Position numbers and translations under genes: made by a program. A stretch of DNA of 63,974 bases, the filler included, from Octopus bimaculoides (taxonomy: Eukaryota), in the NCBI RefSeq assembly GCF_001194135.2. It is 4 parts of 4 records of this genome, joined end to end, with 100 filler letters (N's around TTAATTAATTAA, not from the genome) between each part and the next. Parts side by side here need not be neighbours in the genome. Positions count along the whole stretch, not along the records: positions 52,091 to 63,974 come from NC_068997.1; 3 more parts are not named here. One strand, 5' to 3'. Below are positions 59,315 through 63,974 of this stretch, piece after piece. The notes under the pieces were generated by a model that was not told where the DNA came from, did not search any database, and saw only the letters and a program-made list of their open reading frames with translations. Each line of letters starts with the position of its first letter. The stretch's first letter is position 1.

Positions 59315-61797
59315 AATATGTAGGTATGTATGTGTATATATGTATGTATATATTAATATATTTAGGTATGTATGTATGTGTTTATGTATGTATCTACGTA
59401 TGTACGTACGTACGTACGGATGTATGTATGAGTGTGTGTATGTATTGAGAGTGAGAAAGAGAGAGACAGGGAAATCTGACAGAGTGGAACAAACGAATGT
59501 ATAGGCGTGTGTGATTTTTTTTCTATGTACCACATTTTTATAACAGTTACCTTAACTCCTACCTCAATCATGCAGCCAGTCTATCGCAGCCATAACACCA
59601 CTGCACATATGACATGCATCGATTGCATTTCAACATTTCTTTCCTTCTTTCTTTCTTTCTTTCTTTCTTTCTTTTTCTCTCTCGTTTTCTGTCTCCTCCT
59701 TCCTTCCCATCTCTAAAGCATCACATATACGTCGAGCAAAGCACAGGTAGAAACACACACAGACACATGTACACAAAGACTTGCGCGCAAATACGCACAT
59801 GTACATACACAAATGCACACATGCATGTATAGACATACACGGATTTGCTCACATACATACATACATACATACATACATACATACACAAACACACATATAC
59901 ATGTGGGTGTGAGTGTGTTTGTGTGTATGTATATACAGACAATCTCATACACAAGCATACACTTATATAGAAACATATATACACATACACACATGTATAT
60001 ATATATACATACATACATACACATATATATATNNNNNNNNNNNNNNNNNNNNNNNNNNNNNNNNNNNNNNNNNNNNNNNNNNNNNNNNNNNNNNNNNNNN
60101 NNNNNNNNNNNNNNNNNNNNNNNNNNNNNNNNNNNNNNNNNNNNNNNNNNNNNNNNNNNNNNNNNNNNNNNNNNNNNNNNNNNNNNNNNNNNNNNNNNNN
60201 NNNNNNNNNNNNNNNNNNNNNNNNNNNNNNNNNNNNNNNNNNNNNNNNNNNNNNNNNNNNNNNNNNNNNNNNNNNNNNNNNNNNNNNNNNNNNNNNNNNN
60301 NNNNNNNNNNNNNNNNNNNNNNNNNNNNNNNNNNNNNNNNNNNNNNNNNNNNNNNNNNNNNNNNNNNNNNNNNNNNNNNNNNNNNNNNNNNNNNNNNNNN
60401 NNNNNNNNNNNNNNNNNNNNNNNNNNNNNNNNNNNNNNNNNNNNNNNNNNNNNNNNNNNNNNNNNNNNNNNNNNNNNNNNNNNNNNNNNNNNNNNNNNNN
60501 NNNNNNNNNNNNNNNNNNNNNNNNNNNNNNNNNNNNNNNNNNNNNNNNNNNNNNNNNNNNNNNNNNNNNNNNNNNNNNNNNNNNNNNNNNNNNNNNNNNN
60601 NNNNNNNNNNNNNNNNNNNNNNNNNNNNNNNNNNNNNNNNNNNNNNNNNNNNNNNNNNNNNNNNNNNNNNNNNNNNNNNNNNNNNNNNNNNNNNNNNNNN
60701 NNNNNNNNNNNNNNNNNNNNNNNNNNNNNNNNNNNNNNNNNNNNNNNNNNNNNNNNNNNNNNNATACATACACAGACGCACACGTACAAATCCACCCCGC
60801 TCACAGGCAGCACAATACATAACAGGCATCCGAAGCATCGCCGCCATCATAGATAAACGTGCTTGTAGCCAATTAGCACCAACAATATATTAATTGAAGC
60901 ATATTGGCGCTGTTTAATTAAAGATCCATCCCCGCTGTCTAATTAGAAATCTACCCCCCCCTCATACCCTCCTTTCCCCTCTCCCCTACCTCGTTTCTAC
61001 CCGCTGCTTCTAGTCATTCTCAACGTGGTTATGATAAGTGTTAGATTCAAGTTTTGTATGTATATGTATTGATATACGTATGTAGGTATGTATGTATGTA
61101 TGTATGTACGTACGTACGTATGTATGTATGTATGTATGTATGTATGTATATATGTATGTATGTAGGTAGGTAGGTATGTTTCTATCACTAAGTATGCACA
61201 TTCATGCGAGTCTGTGTGTATATACATACGGTCCCCGCTATCGACAAACACGCATACATATACAAACTCATATATATATATNNNNNNNNNNNNNNNNNNN
61301 NNNNNNNNNNNNNNNNNNNNNNNNNNNNNNNNNNNNNNNNNNNNNNNNNNNNNNNNNNNNNNNNNNNNNNNNNNNNNNNNNNNNNNNNNNNNNNNNNNNN
61401 NNNNNNNNNNNNNNNNNNNNNNNNNNNNNNNNNNNNNNNNNNNNNNNNNNNNNNNNNNNNNNNNNNNNNNNNNNNNNNNNNNNNNNNNNNNNNNNNNNNN
61501 NNNNNNNNNNNNNNNNNNNNNNNNNNNNNNNNNNNNNNNNNNNNNNNNNNNNNNNNNNNNNNNNNNNNNNNNNNNNNNNNNNNNNNNNNNNNNNNNNNNN
61601 NNNNNNNNNNNNNNNNNNNNNNNNNNNNNNNNNNNNNNNNNNNNNNNNNNNNNNNNNNNNNNNNNNNNNNNNNNNNNNNNNNNNNNNNNNNNNNNNNNNN
61701 NNNNNNNNNNNNNNNNNNNNNNNNNNNNNNNNNNNNNNNNNNNNNNNNNNNNNNNNNNNNNNNNNNNNNNNNNNNNNNNNNNNATACATTTATAAAT

Positions 61798-61841
<44 letters not shown>

Positions 61842-61944
61842 GTAGACAGATGGATATATAGATATGCCTGCATGTGTATATATTTATATGCATGCCCCTA
61901 TAATTGCTAATACACACTAATTTATATGCACGAATATCTTCTTG

Positions 61945-62540
61945 TTATTTGCTTATCGTCACAATGTTTCGGTCGTCATAACCTCCGGCCTTCATCAGAA
62001 ACATGTTGCATCCACTTTTATTCTCCATACCTTCATTATATACAGCAATTATATGATGGAAATTATGCGTTTTAAACTTAACTTTTCATAGTTTTAACCG
62101 CTATATATTTACTTCCTTCATGTTCCCACATGATGATCATATCTATAGTATTTGCTGATTCTTTCAGTTATCTTATCTTCCAGTCTTGTATTTTGTTTAT
62201 TATTATCTTGGCCTTGCTTCACATGGGTTCGTCGTTTCCCCATTTTCCTTTCTACTCTGCGTTTTTTCCTCGTGAAATAACGTTACCTAAGGATATCCAG
62301 CAATACTTGCGTTTCTCCTGGTGAAGTCAAACTATAAAGATATTCAGCACTCCCTGAGTTTCCTACTGGCAAAATCACCATATGAAAGTAAAGTGCCATC
62401 TATATATCTTAACCACATAGTTGCTTTAAGCAATGTCCTCCTATTGCCATTTCATCACCATTTTCCATACATTTTTGCCATCACTTGCGATATTGTCAAA
62501 TCTATAGCTAAGCTTTTTACATGTCAATATAGGAAAGTAT
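61945..62540 (-). mobile_element. Degenerate Penelope-like RT fragment plus tail
   Basis: The minus strand gives WLRYIDG (W.RYVDD motif) and LLDIL; the tail motif ctgatgaaggcc...accgaaacatt lies at about 61965-62000. Confidence 0.55.
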
Positions 62541-62878
62541 ATAAGGTCGTAAGATGGTAGAAGTGTTAGCGGCATATCGTTCGTCTTCATGTTTTGTGTT
62601 CAAATTCTGCCAAGGTCAACTTTGCCTTTCATCCTCTGGGATCGATAAAATATGTACCAGTTGTACTAGCTCGTCTTGAGTCCATTTTAGTGATAATCTA
62701 ACAAGGATTTGGTGTAATTAGTTGTATTTGTCACGAGTCGAAAATTCTGATATTGAGCATTGCTTCTAAGCAAGACACAATATATATAATGACTGAAATT
62801 GCGCTTGAACCTCTGGCCGATTATTGATCAGAGTTGGTGACCTTCTATGCTTTCTGTTCGGCTGTGCATGTTTTTGAA

Positions 62879-62943
<65 letters not shown>

Positions 62944-63974
62944 TAGATATAGATGTAGATATAGCTATAGATGTAGATATAACACACATATATTCAACTC
63001 AATTAACTATAATAATATAAATTATTTACATGTTTCTAAGTTACGGAACAATTTGTCGTGTTGTTTGAATTTTCTTATTGTTAAATAAATATACACAAAC
63101 AAGGACAGATAAACGGATTAAGTCGATTACATCGACTCCAATGCGTAACTGCTACTTAATTTATCGACCCCGAAAGGATGAAAGGCAAAGTCGACCTCGG
63201 CGGAATTTGAACTCAGAACGTAATGGCAGACGAAATACCGCTAACCACATCGTCAGGCGTGCTAACGTTTCTGCCAGAGAGAGTTGTATAGCTGTGGTAA
63301 AAGGTGAATGCAATGTAAAAATTGAGGCGGGGGAAGAGTATTATAAAGAGGGGGAGAGAGAGAGAGAGAGACTAATACAGAGACAGAGAGACACTGACCG
63401 ACAGAGAGATGCAGAGAAAGAGAGCAAGAGTGACTGTCGTATAAGTGAGGGAAAAAGTGAGTGCAAAAAACTGAGAGGAGAGAGGGAGAGAGACAGACAG
63501 ACAAATAGAGAGAGAGATAGAAATAGCAAGAGAGAGAGGGAGAAAGAAAGATAGAGACAGACATCGAAGGATAGGAAAAGAGAGACAGACATAGATAAAT
63601 TGGTAAAGAGAGGGAGAGAAAGAGAGAGAGAGAGAGAGAAAGGGAGGAAGACAGAGAAAGAAAGCGAAAGGGTTATATCGATATACATGTACATACTAAA
63701 GAGAGGGGGGAGGGAGAGAGTTTTGTGTGAGTGGTGAGCGGTACCTTAAATGGGGAAGGGGGAAGTAAAAAAGGGAACGGGAGGAGGAGGAGTAGACAGG
63801 AAGAGGGGGGTGTAGTGGTGGGTGGTGGGAAGAGATCAATGGCGGCAATAGACGGATAAGTTAATTAGATATATATGGATCGATATCTGATTTAAAGATG
63901 TAAGAGCGGGAATGGGGTGTGCAGAGATGAAGAGAAGACGGCGTGTGTAAAGCAAAAGAGAAGGATGTATATAT

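Overview
AT-rich, microsatellite- and SINE-saturated animal genomic DNA. The repeat families and (CA)n/(TA)n/(AAT)n/(GATA)n load suggest a coleoid cephalopod, probably Octopus (inference). The window is not one contig: three identical 100-bp spacers (44 N + TTAATTAATTAA + 44 N) split it into four joined segments (1-26212, 26313-40372, 40473-51990, 52091-63974). Segment 1 holds the 5' part of a minus-strand l(3)mbt / L3MBTL1-3-4 family gene: 10 phase-consistent coding exons, about 990 codons, a very long low-complexity N-terminus, MBT repeats 1-2, and an NRF1/ETS/YY1-type promoter near 19.35-19.44 kb. Segment 3 holds six phase-consistent internal exons of MSH4 on the plus strand. I found no host gene in segments 2 or 4. 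Mobile DNA includes several tRNA-type SINE families, a decayed mariner, TTAA- and hAT-type MITEs, CR1, Penelope and R4/Dong-type fragments, and a repeat carrying (CCCTAA)n. I see no clearly new multi-gene system. The best leads are a candidate 27-nt in-frame microexon in MSH4, a 65-bp array of twin hairpins with a compensatory change, (TAA)n arrays hosting stacked R4-type 3' ends, and a dispersed element carrying telomere-like repeats. All protein family comparisons are from memory; no search was run. Repeat boundaries are approximate.
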